A stretch of DNA of 64,000 nucleotides from Clostridia bacterium (GCA_045656005.1 JAZOQG010000032.1:1438-65437), one strand, 5' to 3'. Positions 40,942 through 51,300 are shown, numbered from the stretch's first letter. The notes: generated by a model not told the origin, from the letters alone. Numbers and translations are program-made.

Positions 40942-42096
40942 TTATTCTATTGAGCCGCTTATAATCAGTTCTATTGCCTTTTGAAGCTGGGTATCTTCCT
41001 CAAAAGTGAGAGTTTGGAGTGGTTTTAAAAGGCTTTCTTCAGGAAGAGAAATATCATAATCGGGAGAAATACCAATTCCGTTTATACATACACCTGAAGG
41101 AGTGTAGTAGTAAGCGGTGGTAAGTTTCAAAGCGCTCTGGTCTTTAAGGGAGAAAATCTCCTGTACACTGCCTTTGCCAAAAGTTTTTTTGCCTACAAGC
41201 GTACCGATTTTGTTGTCTTTTAAAGCACCTGCAAGAATTTCCGATGCCGAGGCACTGTTTTCGTTTGTCAAAACAACAATGGGGATTTCAATGCATTTTT
41301 TGTCGCTTTTATAAAAAATCTGTTTTCCTGAGCGGTCCTCGGTATATACGATAGTAGCCTCGGGAAGAAGTACATCGCAAATTTCGGATACAATTTCCAA
41401 TAGTCCGCCAGGGTTATCTCTAACATCAAGAATAAGACCACGGCTGTTTTCAGCAGTTTGCAAAGCATTAACAAACTCGCTGAAAGTTGAAGGTGAGAAG
41501 GAGGAAATTCTTAAATATTTTACCCCTTCAATATCTTTGGAGAAAATGGTTTGTGCAACGATTTCGGCTCTGGTAACAGAAGCGTCAAACATTTTTTCAC
41601 CGCGAAGGACAGAAAGTGTCATAGTTTCTGCGTTTTTTCCTTCTTCACTCAAACCTCTCATATAGCTTATCGCATCTGCTGAAGTTTCGCTTGTAACCTC
41701 AATGTTATCAACCTTGATAATAATATCGCCTGCACGAAGGCCTGCACCTTCCGCAGGAGTGTTCATAAAAACATTTGAAACAGTTAAAAAGCCTTCGGCA
41801 CTTACATAAACTTCAACACCAATGCCTTTATATTCGCCCGTAATATCACTCATTAAGGCACTATATTCCTCGGAAGTGAGATAATAAGAATAATCATCAC
41901 CAAGTGATGCCGCAGCACCCTTTGCCATGTATTTGTCTATTTTTTCGTTGTCAACTGTAAGTACATAGTTGTCTTTGATAAGTCTTTTTACTGTGGCACT
42001 TATTGGAGAAAATGTTGCCCATAGAAAACTTGTAAGTATCGCAGTTACTAAAAAGGTTATCAAAACGGCAGTTAATATTTTTTTGCGTTCTGTCAA
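40942..42096 (-). CDS. S41 family C-terminal processing peptidase (CtpA/CtpB-like) with PDZ domain
   Basis: N-terminal TM helix, a PDZ region (GIGV...GDIIIKVDN), and S41 catalytic region GASASEILAGAL. Confidence 0.8.
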   Translation of the reverse strand: MTERKKILTAVLITFLVTAILTSFLWATFSPISATVKRLIKDNYVLTVDNEKIDKYMAKGAAASLGDDYSYYLTSEEYSALMSDITGEYKGIGVEVYVSAEGFLTVSNVFMNTPAEGAGLRAGDIIIKVDNIEVTSETSADAISYMRGLSEEGKNAETMTLSVLRGEKMFDASVTRAEIVAQTIFSKDIEGVKYLRISSFSPSTFSEFVNALQTAENSRGLILDVRDNPGGLLEIVSEICDVLLPEATIVYTEDRSGKQIFYKSDKKCIEIPIVVLTNENSASASEILAGALKDNKIGTLVGKKTFGKGSVQEIFSLKDQSALKLTTAYYYTPSGVCINGIGISPDYDISLPEESLLKPLQTLTFEEDTQLQKAIELIISGSIE

Positions 42097-42170
42097 AGAG
42101 AATACTTCCTTTCAGATTAATTGGGGGCTGTGCATTTTATCACAGCCCCCTCATATAAATGTATTATTGT

Positions 42171-43313
42171 TTACTGAACGTATGCCATTGGATTTGTGTA
42201 ATTACCATTTATAAGTACTTCAAAGTGGATATGAGGTCCTGTTGAATTTCCTGTTGAACCTACAAGTGCAATAGTCTGTCCTTTTGAAACCTTTTGACCA
42301 ACACTTACTTTTAAGGAACTGTTGTGCCCATAAAGTGTGGTAATTCCGCCGCCATGGTCAATAACAACGCAGTTTCCGTATCCTCCGTTCCAGCGAGCCA
42401 TAATTACTTTTCCGCTTTCAGCCGCTAAAACGGGTGTACCTGATGCGGCACCGATATCAATTCCTGTGTGAAATTTTGTTCGTTTCTGAATGGGATGGAA
42501 ACGGCTTCCGTAGGGGGAAGTAATTGTCTTTGAAGTTGCAGAAGGCCATTGCATAGAGCCATAAGATGCAACAGATGTACCTGATGAAGTTGAAGAAGCC
42601 TGACCGCTTTTGCTCATGCCCGCAATCTGACTGCGAAGCTCTGCCATTGCGGCATCTTCTTTGTCCGCCTGTGCTCTTGCGGCGGCAACATCACTGTCAA
42701 TCTGGCTGATTTTCTTGTTTCGAAGTGCAACCTTTGATTCATATTCGCCTTGTTTGTTTTCAAGAATCTGACGATTAAGCTCTTTCTCTGCTTTTTGGTT
42801 TTCAAGCTCTGTTTTGGCATCCGTCATTTGCTGAAGGATGTCCTTGTCATAATTTATTATTCGCTCAACCATCTGCACTTTATACAGTAAATCGCCAAAG
42901 CTGTTAGCACCAAACAAAACATCAAGATAAGATACACTTCCGTGCTTATACATTGTGCGTGCTCTGTCTTTAAATTCATCGTCGTAAACGTCAATTTTTT
43001 CCTGCTGAGCGGTTATCTGCGCTTCGTTTTCAGCGATAGCAGCATTCATTTCGTTTACTTCGTTTTCAACTTTTGCAATTTCAATATTGAGTGCTTCAAG
43101 TTCTTCTTTTATATTTTCCTTTTCAGCCGTAAGTGTTTTAACCTTTTGCTCTGCGGCATTTTTGCTTTCCTGAGATTTTTTGAGTTTTGACTCAAGCTCT
43201 TGTCTGCTTTCTGCCGCATATACTATACTCGAAATAGTTGGCAGAAGGGTAATAGCGAGAAAAGCAATTAAGGATATAATGGCTAAAACAACAACATATT
43301 TTTTTCTTTTCAT
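42171..43313 (-). CDS. Peptidase M23 family protein with N-terminal coiled coil (EnvC/PcsB-like FtsEX-associated hydrolase)
   Basis: Signal-anchor, long coiled coil, and C-terminal M23 motifs HTGIDI and GSTGNSTGPHIHFE. Confidence 0.8.
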   Translation of the reverse strand: MKRKKYVVVLAIISLIAFLAITLLPTISSIVYAAESRQELESKLKKSQESKNAAEQKVKTLTAEKENIKEELEALNIEIAKVENEVNEMNAAIAENEAQITAQQEKIDVYDDEFKDRARTMYKHGSVSYLDVLFGANSFGDLLYKVQMVERIINYDKDILQQMTDAKTELENQKAEKELNRQILENKQGEYESKVALRNKKISQIDSDVAAARAQADKEDAAMAELRSQIAGMSKSGQASSTSSGTSVASYGSMQWPSATSKTITSPYGSRFHPIQKRTKFHTGIDIGAASGTPVLAAESGKVIMARWNGGYGNCVVIDHGGGITTLYGHNSSLKVSVGQKVSKGQTIALVGSTGNSTGPHIHFEVLINGNYTNPMAYVQ

Positions 43314-43333
43314 AACTTATATTCCTTCCGAAA

Positions 43334-44248
43334 TTAAACGTGAAGATGCTTTCTTACTGCAATAAGACTTCCCAAAGCACCAATCATGGCACCGAATATA
43401 AGAAGTACTCCTATAAGAAGCGGCAAAATTGTTCCTGTCGGCAAAAGTTTTACTGCACCGAAATAATTTGTTGCCAAATCTGTGACAAAGGAAACGGCAC
43501 CGCTTAAAATCAAAATCGAAATAATTGCACCTATGATACCAACAAAAATGCCTTCGATTATAAATGGCCAACGTATAAACCAGTCGGTAGCACCGACGTA
43601 TTTCATAATATGTATTTCTTTTTGTCTTGCATGAATGTCAAGTTTTATTGTGTTTGTAATAATGAAAACTGCTATAATTGCAAGCAAAACTGTGAAAAGA
43701 ATACACCCTTTTCTTATAAATGAGGTTGCGGATATAACGTTGTCGATAGTATCCATTGAGGTTACAACCTCATCAATGCCTTTTATTTTGGAAAGTTTTT
43801 CAACAAGTGCTGAAACCTCTGTGATGTTTTCAGGAATAATTCTGCACGATGCAGGGAGAAAATCAGCAGGGTCAAGTCCGTCAAGCACTACTGCTTTGTC
43901 ACCGAGCATGTTCTTATAATTTTCATAAGCCTGTTGTCTGGTTTCAAAGGTTACAGTTCCGATTCCTTCAACTGCTTTAACTGCATTTAAAACTGCCGTT
44001 TCATCTTCCGCAGTTGCCTCCATAGGAAGGTAAACCTGGATTTCACACTGGTCCTCAACCTGTCTTGTTATAAAATTAATATTAAGTCCTATTACCATGA
44101 AAAAGCCAAAAAGTATAAGGCAACCCATAACCGTTATTATGGAAGTAAGAGCCATGGGTTTATTATACCATATGCTTTTAAACGCTTCACTGCAATAGTA
44201 ACGGAAACCTCTAAACGCCAACGTTGTAACCACCTTTCTCCTCATCAT
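43334..44248 (-). CDS. ftsX: Cell division permease-like protein FtsX
   Basis: RYYCSEAFKSIWYN N-terminal motif and 4 TM helices. The start is likely MMRRK, so the listed 44269 start over-extends into ftsE. Confidence 0.8.
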   Translation of the reverse strand: MMRRKVVTTLAFRGFRYYCSEAFKSIWYNKPMALTSIITVMGCLILFGFFMVIGLNINFITRQVEDQCEIQVYLPMEATAEDETAVLNAVKAVEGIGTVTFETRQQAYENYKNMLGDKAVVLDGLDPADFLPASCRIIPENITEVSALVEKLSKIKGIDEVVTSMDTIDNVISATSFIRKGCILFTVLLAIIAVFIITNTIKLDIHARQKEIHIMKYVGATDWFIRWPFIIEGIFVGIIGAIISILILSGAVSFVTDLATNYFGAVKLLPTGTILPLLIGVLLIFGAMIGALGSLIAVRKHLHV

Positions 44249-44900
44249 GCAAAATGGAACCCATGTCAAGGGTTATTACACGTTTTTGCATTGAGTTTAC
44301 TATTTTTTCAGCATGGGTTGCCATAACAATTGTGGTTCCCTTGCGATTTATTTTTTCGAGAATTGCCATGATTTCGTCAGAACGCTTAAGGTCTAAATTT
44401 CCTGTCGGCTCATCGGCAATAAGAATAGATGGGTTGTTGGCAAGAGCTCTTGCCATAGAAACTCTCTGCTGTTCACCGCCTGAAAGCTGAGAAGGATATG
44501 CTCTTGCTTTGTGTGAAAGGTCAACAAGGCTTAAAACCTCGGGCACACGGCGGCGGATTTGCTTTGACGGTGCGCCAACAACATTCATAGCGAATGCTAC
44601 GTTATCGTAAACAGTTCTGTTTTGCAAAAGTCTGAAATCCTGAAAAACTACACCCAAACTGCGGCGCAGTGCAGGGATTTCACGGCGCTGAAGCTCGCCG
44701 ATATTAAAGCCATTTACTAAAACAGTTCCGCTTGTGGGGCGTTCTTCACAAAGAAGCATCCTGATTATGGAGGATTTACCTGCACCGCTATGACCTACCA
44801 AAAACACAAACTCACCTTTTTCTATGGTGAAGCTCACGTTGTCAAGGGCTATGGTATTGTTATCCTCATAAATCTTACTGACATTGTCGAAAACTATCAT
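44211..44900 (-). CDS. ftsE: Cell division ATP-binding protein FtsE
   Basis: Walker A GHSGAGKSS, LSGGEQQR signature, Walker B ILIADEPTGNLD; 229 aa. Confidence 0.9.
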   Translation of the reverse strand: MIVFDNVSKIYEDNNTIALDNVSFTIEKGEFVFLVGHSGAGKSSIIRMLLCEERPTSGTVLVNGFNIGELQRREIPALRRSLGVVFQDFRLLQNRTVYDNVAFAMNVVGAPSKQIRRRVPEVLSLVDLSHKARAYPSQLSGGEQQRVSMARALANNPSILIADEPTGNLDLKRSDEIMAILEKINRKGTTIVMATHAEKIVNSMQKRVITLDMGSILHDEEKGGYNVGV

Positions 44901-44934
44901 AAATTAAATCTCCCAAAAGTTTTCTCATTTCAAA

Positions 44935-46026
44935 TTAAAGTTTGATAGGATTTGAAGTGAGATATTTTTTAACCATCATTGCAACCTTGAAAATGATGGC
45001 ATGTTCAAAAATACGAAGGTCAAGACCGGTAAGTTTCTGAACTTTATCGAGTCTGTATACAAGAGTATTTCTGTGAACATAAAGCTGACGTGATGTTTCG
45101 GAAACATTGAGATTATTCTCAAAGAATTTCTGAATTGTATAAATTGTTTCCTGGTCTAAAACATCAATGGATTCTTTTTTGAATACTTCCGAAAGGAAAA
45201 GTTCGCAAAGAGTTGTGGGAAGGTGGTATATAAGTCTTGCGATACCAAGGTTATCATAGGAAACAATTTCCTTGTCAGTATCAAAAACTTTGCCAACTTC
45301 AAGTGCAACGCATGCATCCTTGTAGGATTTTGCCAGTGTGGTAATATTCTGCGAAACAGTTCCTATTCCGACAATAGCATGGCACATAGCCTCGGAGCTT
45401 AAGGTGGAAATTATACTTCTTGCAATTTCCTTGCACTGCTCTGTGGAATATGTATTTATTTCCTTAACGAGAACATAAGTATTTTCATCAATGCTTACAA
45501 CGAAATCGTGGAGTCTGTCGGGGAAGAGGCTCTGGAGCACTTCATTAACAGATAAATCAGAGAAATTCAGAGTTTTTATAAGAAAAACTATTCTCTGTTG
45601 TTCATATGTAACACGAAGATCTTTTGCTTTTGACATAAGGTCCCCTGTGAGAATATTGTCAAGTATAACATTTTTCATAAAATTGAATTTATCAAATTTT
45701 TCATCGTGAATTTTTTTAATTCCGTTAATACTTATCATAAGTACGTCGAGATTTTTCTCTGCACTACTGTCAGTACCTTTTGCAAAATAAATATAATCCA
45801 TTGAAGGATTTGCAGCAGGGCAACAGAAAGTGTAACCTGCAAGAGAAAAAGAATGACCGCTGTCGGATGCAAGTTCAAGTATTTCTGCCATATTTGTTTC
45901 AATCTCTGCAATCGGACCTTCAGGTGAGAAAATCATATTATCGTCAATTATTCCGATAACTCCTGAAAGAGCATCACCCAGTTTTGCAATGGTAGAAGTA
46001 ATAATTTTGTTAGTCAACTTGTCCAC
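44935..46026 (-). CDS. PucR/CdaR family transcriptional regulator
   Basis: C-terminal PucR-type HTH (TSRQLYVHRNTLVYRLDKVQKLTG); 363 aa. Confidence 0.7.
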   Translation of the reverse strand: MDKLTNKIITSTIAKLGDALSGVIGIIDDNMIFSPEGPIAEIETNMAEILELASDSGHSFSLAGYTFCCPAANPSMDYIYFAKGTDSSAEKNLDVLMISINGIKKIHDEKFDKFNFMKNVILDNILTGDLMSKAKDLRVTYEQQRIVFLIKTLNFSDLSVNEVLQSLFPDRLHDFVVSIDENTYVLVKEINTYSTEQCKEIARSIISTLSSEAMCHAIVGIGTVSQNITTLAKSYKDACVALEVGKVFDTDKEIVSYDNLGIARLIYHLPTTLCELFLSEVFKKESIDVLDQETIYTIQKFFENNLNVSETSRQLYVHRNTLVYRLDKVQKLTGLDLRIFEHAIIFKVAMMVKKYLTSNPIKL

Positions 46027-46211
46027 TCCTTTAATTAAACTATCCTAACATATATAATAACCTTTTTTTCGAGATTTTGCAAGGAAAAATATAATAATTT
46101 AACAAAATTTTTAAATATTTTTGCAGTACAAGAAAAAAACTCCAATATTTTATTTACAAATTGAGTCTTATGTGATAACATAATAAGATAAAAAGAAAAG
46201 GAAGTGCTTAA

Positions 46212-46742
46212 ATGACAAATATTTGGCATCACATAAACCCAAGAAGAATTTCACCTGATGATTTTATAGCATGTATCGAAATCCCAAAGGGCGGAAAAAA
46301 CAAATACGAAATGGACAAGGAAACAGGACTTTTGTATCTTGACAGGGTTTTATATACTTCAACACACTATCCTGCAAATTATGGATTTATTCCGAGAACA
46401 TATGCATCGGATGATGACCCTTTGGATGTTTTGGTGCTTTGTCAGGAGAGCATTGTGCCTATGACACTTGTAAGATGCTATCCCATCGGTGTTGTAAACA
46501 TGATTGATAATGAGGAAGAGGATGAAAAGATAATTGCCATTCCGTTTAATGACCCTACATATAATTCGTTTACGGATATCTCTCAGCTTCCCGAACATAC
46601 TTTTGATGAAATTACTCACTTTTTCAAGGTTTATAAATCTCTTGAAAGCAAGGAAACCGTTGTAAGTGAGGTTAAAGGACCTGAATTTGCAAGAGAAATA
46701 ATAAAGAGAAGCATCAAAAGATATAAAGATTGTTTTTGCTGA
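46212..46742 (+). CDS. ppa: Inorganic pyrophosphatase (family I)
   Basis: YPANYGFIPRT and DDDPLDVLVL active-site motifs; 176 aa. Confidence 0.9.
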   Translation: MTNIWHHINPRRISPDDFIACIEIPKGGKNKYEMDKETGLLYLDRVLYTSTHYPANYGFIPRTYASDDDPLDVLVLCQESIVPMTLVRCYPIGVVNMIDNEEEDEKIIAIPFNDPTYNSFTDISQLPEHTFDEITHFFKVYKSLESKETVVSEVKGPEFAREIIKRSIKRYKDCFC

Positions 46743-47209
46743 TTGTTGAAAGTATTGCTAAGTTCATGCATGAATTTAATTTGATATATTTGATAATTGG
46801 GATAGATTTGAAGATTTCCTTAAATGCTACCGAGCTTGAGGTCGAGCAAATACTAATGGAGAAAATCAAGGACAAGGATAATGTCGAAAGATATGAAAGA
46901 ATGATAGAAAAGCGAAACAGAGAAATCGAAGGCTTCAAAAATGAGATTGCAAAAATAGAGAACATCGATAAAATTATCAAAGAGAGAAAAAAGGCAATGC
47001 TCGAAAATGCAAATCTGCTTGATAAGATATTAAGTGAAAAGGAACTGAGCCACACAAATCTGTGTCTGCTGTTAGAAAAAATAATAATTCACGAAGATGA
47101 ATACGGACTCCGCCTTGAAATACGAATGAAAGCACCATTCCTTGAAAAAAGTTATACAGATGAAATCGGTATGATATATGAGGACGATTACGAGGAAGTA
47201 TCAGCCTGA
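46730..47209 (+). pseudogene. Remnant of a large serine recombinase (coiled-coil + DUF4368-like C-terminal region only)
   Basis: 159 aa resembling the C-terminal third of the intact recombinase at 47320-48951: coiled coil, then LLEKIIIHEDEYGLRLEIRMK versus LIDRIEVGEK...INIYYKFVG. It has no catalytic domain and overlaps the ppa stop. Confidence 0.4.
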
Positions 47210-47225
47210 CAAATAACAGGCACGA

Positions 47226-47259
47226 AAAAAGCTTACAGTTGAAATCCTGTAAGCTTTTT
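47226..47259. terminator. Bidirectional rho-independent terminator between convergent genes
   Basis: 13-bp perfect stem aaaaagcttacag/ctgtaagcttttt with an 8-nt loop; A-run upstream and T-run downstream. Confidence 0.6.
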
Positions 47260-47319
47260 GTCGGTGGTGCGGATGAAGGGACTGTTACTCTTTTTAAGGG
47301 AGTGCCCTGTATCGCACTT

Positions 47320-48951
47320 TTAACCTGCTTTTTCTATATTCAGTTCGCTATTAAACTCTACTGTTCCAACAAACTTATAATAAATATTTATATCCTGATA
47401 AGTTTCACCTTGGTATTCGTACTTTTCGCCGACTTCAATTCTGTCTATAAGCTCATGGAGAATCTCGTATGTGAGTTCTTTAATTCCTATGTACTTTTCA
47501 ATTAAGTTTACAAAGTCTATGGCATTATCCTTTGACTTATGATATTCATTAAGCTCGCTTTCAATTCTCGATGCCTCGGCTTTTAATTCGGCCTGTTCTT
47601 CTTCATATCCTGCGAGGAGTGATGCCATTCTCTCGCTTGATAAATTTCCTAAAACTGAATTTTCGTATGTCTTTGTTATAAGTATTTCAAGCTCGCCGAT
47701 TCTTTTGTTTGCTTTTGCAAGCTTTCGTTGATTGTCTTTAGTTTCTGCCATAATCTTTTGCTCGTTGCATTTAAGTGCCGCTTTGTATAGTGCATCTCTG
47801 TCGGTTTCTAATAACACAGTCTTTGTGTAGATGTCTGCAAGGACTACACCATATAACTCGTCATACCTTATATAATGAGATGGGCAGTATTGCTTACCAT
47901 TCAGGTTATATGTATTGCACACATAAGACTTGGTTGCATTTGAGAACACCAAGGCTTTTTTACAATCCATACATTTTATTATCTTAGCAAAGATTTGTGT
48001 TTCACCTGTTTTGGTTTCTCTTGACCGACTTTCAAGCAATTTTTGTACTTCATCAAAGGTCTGCTTATCAATTATCGGTTCATGGGTATTTTCTACCACA
48101 ATCCATTCATCCTTGGGGACATCCCTGAACTTCTTTGACTTAAAAGGCTTTTCTTTTCTGTGATTTACCATATTGCCTATGTAAACTTCGTTTATAAGCA
48201 TATCTCCCACAGTATCATCACACCAATAACATTCGTCATCGTGTGCGGTCATAGCAGAGTAATGATTCATTCCCTGAGCTTTTGCATAGGCGGCAGGAGT
48301 AGGGATTTTTTCTTCGTGAAGAATTTTCGTTATTTTCCTTTTTCCATAGCCTTGCTTAGCCAAGTCGAAGATATGTCTTACAATACGTGCAACCTCTTCA
48401 TCGATTATAAGATGATGCTTGTCCTTCGGGTCCTTTTTGTATCCGTATGGCGCTTTAGCTCCAAGGAACCAACCCGATTCCGATTTGGTTTTGTATGCCG
48501 ACCTTGTCTTTTCGGATATATCTCTTGGATACATTGCATTATACATATTCTTAAAGGTTGCAATTTGTTGATAACCATTTAAGTATGTATCAACGCCATC
48601 ATCTATTGCAATAAAACGAATGCCTCTTGCTATGAAAATGTCCTCGTAATATAGATTTGCCTGAACATCATTTCTGCCAAGCCTTGATAAATCTTTTACG
48701 ATTATGCAGTTGGCATTTCCTTCTTCAACATCTCGCATCATTGCCTGAAATTCAGGCCTTTCAAAGAATACTCCTGATTCACCGTCATCTACATATTCCT
48801 TGCGGATTATAATGTTATTTTTGTTGGCGAAACTCGATGTTTTCATTCTTTGGGTTTCTATGCTTATGCTCTCTGCATTTGCTGAACGCTTATCTTCTTT
48901 GGATAACCTTAGATATAAATTTGCTATCCATAACGTTTCTCTTTTTGCCAT
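47320..48951 (-). CDS. Large serine recombinase (resolvase/invertase catalytic domain + recombinase domain + zinc ribbon + coiled coil)
   Basis: N-terminal YLRLSKEDK with the catalytic Ser region, DDGVDT motifs, and CxxC...CxxxC zinc ribbon (CMDCKK...CNTYNLNGKQYC); 543 aa. Confidence 0.85.
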   Translation of the reverse strand: MAKRETLWIANLYLRLSKEDKRSANAESISIETQRMKTSSFANKNNIIIRKEYVDDGESGVFFERPEFQAMMRDVEEGNANCIIVKDLSRLGRNDVQANLYYEDIFIARGIRFIAIDDGVDTYLNGYQQIATFKNMYNAMYPRDISEKTRSAYKTKSESGWFLGAKAPYGYKKDPKDKHHLIIDEEVARIVRHIFDLAKQGYGKRKITKILHEEKIPTPAAYAKAQGMNHYSAMTAHDDECYWCDDTVGDMLINEVYIGNMVNHRKEKPFKSKKFRDVPKDEWIVVENTHEPIIDKQTFDEVQKLLESRSRETKTGETQIFAKIIKCMDCKKALVFSNATKSYVCNTYNLNGKQYCPSHYIRYDELYGVVLADIYTKTVLLETDRDALYKAALKCNEQKIMAETKDNQRKLAKANKRIGELEILITKTYENSVLGNLSSERMASLLAGYEEEQAELKAEASRIESELNEYHKSKDNAIDFVNLIEKYIGIKELTYEILHELIDRIEVGEKYEYQGETYQDINIYYKFVGTVEFNSELNIEKAG

Positions 48952-49048
48952 TTAAATTCTCCTTTCTCTTAAGGGAAACGGCTGTGTAAATGCTATAGTA
49001 ATTATACCACATACCACAGCCGTTATCCAGATAAATCACCGAAGTTCT

Positions 49049-49267
49049 TTAAGAAACTTCACGGCTTATGATGTTATTTACTCTGTCCCTTAAGGATATT
49101 TCCTCTCCGGCGAAGTGGGAGGTTGTCCTGAATATCTTATTACCAATCTCGTAATAGATATTGAAGTTTCCATCCACATACGCACCCTTGAAATTATCAA
49201 TAGGGGTATCGCCGGGCTTTATTCTCTTGTAAATAAGATAGTAACTTGGAAGAACAATTTTCTTCAT
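49049..49267 (-). CDS. Hypothetical small protein
   Basis: 72 aa from the internal Met; part of the small-ORF array downstream of the relaxase. Confidence 0.3.
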   Translation of the reverse strand: MKKIVLPSYYLIYKRIKPGDTPIDNFKGAYVDGNFNIYYEIGNKIFRTTSHFAGEEISLRDRVNNIISREVS

Positions 49268-49281
49268 ACAACCATCCTTTC

Positions 49282-49593
49282 TTATACAAATGATAGAAGC
49301 CACCAAAGTGTTACAATGACAGCCGGTGCACATAGAATAATCGCGCCCGATATTTGAAATACTCTCAGCGAAATCTTTTTCATATGCTTGTCTGCTTCTT
49401 CATAAATCTTATCATCGATTCGAGAAACAGTTGTTTTAACATAACTGATGGTTTCATCAATCTTGCTGGTTTTATCGTAGGCAAGGGTGTCAATCTTGCC
49501 TTCGATAACCTCTAATCTGCTGAGTATTTCACCAAGCGTATCAGATTTCTTTTTCTGATTAAGCTGCTTGGTTTCTCTGATATCTATACTCAT
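49282..49593 (-). CDS. Hypothetical coiled-coil protein with C-terminal TM helix
   Basis: 103 aa; C-terminal TM (AIILCAPAVIVTLWWLLSFV); start overlaps the upstream stop (ATGA). Confidence 0.35.
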   Translation of the reverse strand: MSIDIRETKQLNQKKKSDTLGEILSRLEVIEGKIDTLAYDKTSKIDETISYVKTTVSRIDDKIYEEADKHMKKISLRVFQISGAIILCAPAVIVTLWWLLSFV

Positions 49594-49982
49594 TAGTCAT
49601 ATCTCCTTTCTTCATTCCATAATTTCACTGATGGAATTTTCTTGGCTTCTTCGACAGCGTGTCCATACACACCGTCTATGTATTCCTGAGACCATTCATA
49701 TTCATTTGCTAACAGCATGAATAATTGTGTTCCTGCTACGATGTCCTTGAACTGCATTTTTGCAATTCTGTCGCCAAGCCTGTTAATCATTCCTTCCAGT
49801 GTTTTTGAAAGTATTTCACCGAAATAACTTTCGTTATGCTTAAGGTGTAAGTGCAGTACATAGAACTGAACTGCCTTTTCGTAGAATTCACTCATTGAGC
49901 TGCATTCCACAGTCTTAATTAAGCATTCAGCCTCAGCCTGAAGCTTAGGCTCTATACTAAAACTAACTTTTGTTTTAGCCAT
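49593..49982 (-). CDS. Putative relaxosome accessory protein (MobC-like/ribbon-helix-helix)
   Basis: 129 aa basic N-terminus (MAKTKVSFSIEPKLQAEAE); immediately downstream of the relaxase gene, as for mobC. Confidence 0.4.
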   Translation of the reverse strand: MAKTKVSFSIEPKLQAEAECLIKTVECSSMSEFYEKAVQFYVLHLHLKHNESYFGEILSKTLEGMINRLGDRIAKMQFKDIVAGTQLFMLLANEYEWSQEYIDGVYGHAVEEAKKIPSVKLWNEERRYD

Positions 49983-49983
49983 A

Positions 49984-51111
49984 TTACATTCCTCCCATCT
50001 TGATACCTAAAGCTTGCTTTTTCTGTGCCAGCTTTACATATTCTTTTTTGTCCATACTATATGGTCGCCTGCGAGATTCCTGTCTGTTCTCTTCCTGACA
50101 TCGACCTTCAAATACCTTGCAGATATTGAAGACTAATTCGCCGATGACATTATCTATATTATTACTTTCTACGCTTTTCTCGCTTGCCGCAGAAATGATT
50201 TGATTTCGTATCTTATTAAATTCTCTGTTATCGTATAGCTCTGGGAAATCAATTTCATCTTCCTGATAGTAACCCATAATTCTACCTTGTATGTTACACC
50301 ATTCTTTGTAGAATGCTGCAACGTTCTTATCCTCTGACAGCTTTTTATATATGCTGTTTACAATCTCTTTCTGTTCCTTTGACAGATATGAATACACTTT
50401 TTTACCTTTATAGGTTTGCATTTCATCTGCCAATTTTTGAAAGAGAGTGTTGATTTTGGTGTTTGGTTTTACACTGAAATCTTTTTTCAATTCCCGTATT
50501 CTATCCTTGGATTTCTCAACTAACTTTTCGCGCATTTGAGTCTTTTCATCATACAGATGAAATAGCTCGTCTCTACATATTTCTCTTACCATACAGGATT
50601 TCATTTGCTCAATCCCATTTTTAGTTAAAAAACCACCACCCGAAGCAGAATACACTAGCATGTGTATGTGTGGGTGGTGGTCTTTATTATGGAATGCTGC
50701 ATACCATCTTAAGTCATCAAGTGGTATCTTATATATTCTAGCTATGTCTGCCTGTTTGGATTGAATGAGCGTTTGCCACGCCCTTGCATTATCATATCCA
50801 AACCTTGTTGCATCTTCTCTTGTAAGAGACAACATTGGCAACCAAACATTACATTTAAGCTCTTTTAATTCTTCTAAAACTTCGTTCAGATTCAGATCCG
50901 TTTTATTGGAAAACAAACCATGAGTTCCGAACTTTTCTACCTTTGGCCTTGTTGCAATATAGTTGGCATTGATGACTACTTTGTTATTAATAGACTTGTC
51001 CACACCTATACGTCTTGCTATGTACCCGGCTTTACCTGCCGCTTTACCGCCTTTAACATACGGGCTTTTGAAAACTACCGCGACTGACATAAATTTTCCT
51101 CCTTTCTTCAA
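49984..51111 (-). CDS. Relaxase/mobilization nuclease
   Basis: 3-His metal-binding motif HNKDHHPHIHMLVYS in the N-terminal half, characteristic of MOB relaxases; 375 aa. Confidence 0.65.
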   Translation of the reverse strand: MKKGGKFMSVAVVFKSPYVKGGKAAGKAGYIARRIGVDKSINNKVVINANYIATRPKVEKFGTHGLFSNKTDLNLNEVLEELKELKCNVWLPMLSLTREDATRFGYDNARAWQTLIQSKQADIARIYKIPLDDLRWYAAFHNKDHHPHIHMLVYSASGGGFLTKNGIEQMKSCMVREICRDELFHLYDEKTQMREKLVEKSKDRIRELKKDFSVKPNTKINTLFQKLADEMQTYKGKKVYSYLSKEQKEIVNSIYKKLSEDKNVAAFYKEWCNIQGRIMGYYQEDEIDFPELYDNREFNKIRNQIISAASEKSVESNNIDNVIGELVFNICKVFEGRCQEENRQESRRRPYSMDKKEYVKLAQKKQALGIKMGGM

Positions 51112-51149
51112 AGCACCACTTTTGCATCCCTTGTTTTCTTGCTATACCT

Positions 51150-51300
51150 GCATTCGCAAGATATTGGATGCTCATTTAGCACCAATTTTTGAAATCTTCC
51201 CCTGATAGGGAATCCCCCGAACGGCACTGCCGGTCGGTGTTTGAGGGCACGGAGATGCTGTTAGAGCACCGTGCCTTTATCCTGCTTACTTTTATTTAGC
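51150..51300. other. Candidate oriT region upstream of the relaxase gene
   Basis: Inverted repeats cggca-c-tgccg (about 51213-51223) and gggcacgg...ccgtgcc (51245-51275), in the 410-bp non-coding region 5' of the relaxase gene. Confidence 0.25.

Noticed and set aside
47239-47505. 88-aa plus-strand ORF at the island edge
   Set aside because: It overlaps the 3' end of the serine recombinase gene on the opposite strand, spans the bidirectional terminator, and shows no RBS or conservation.
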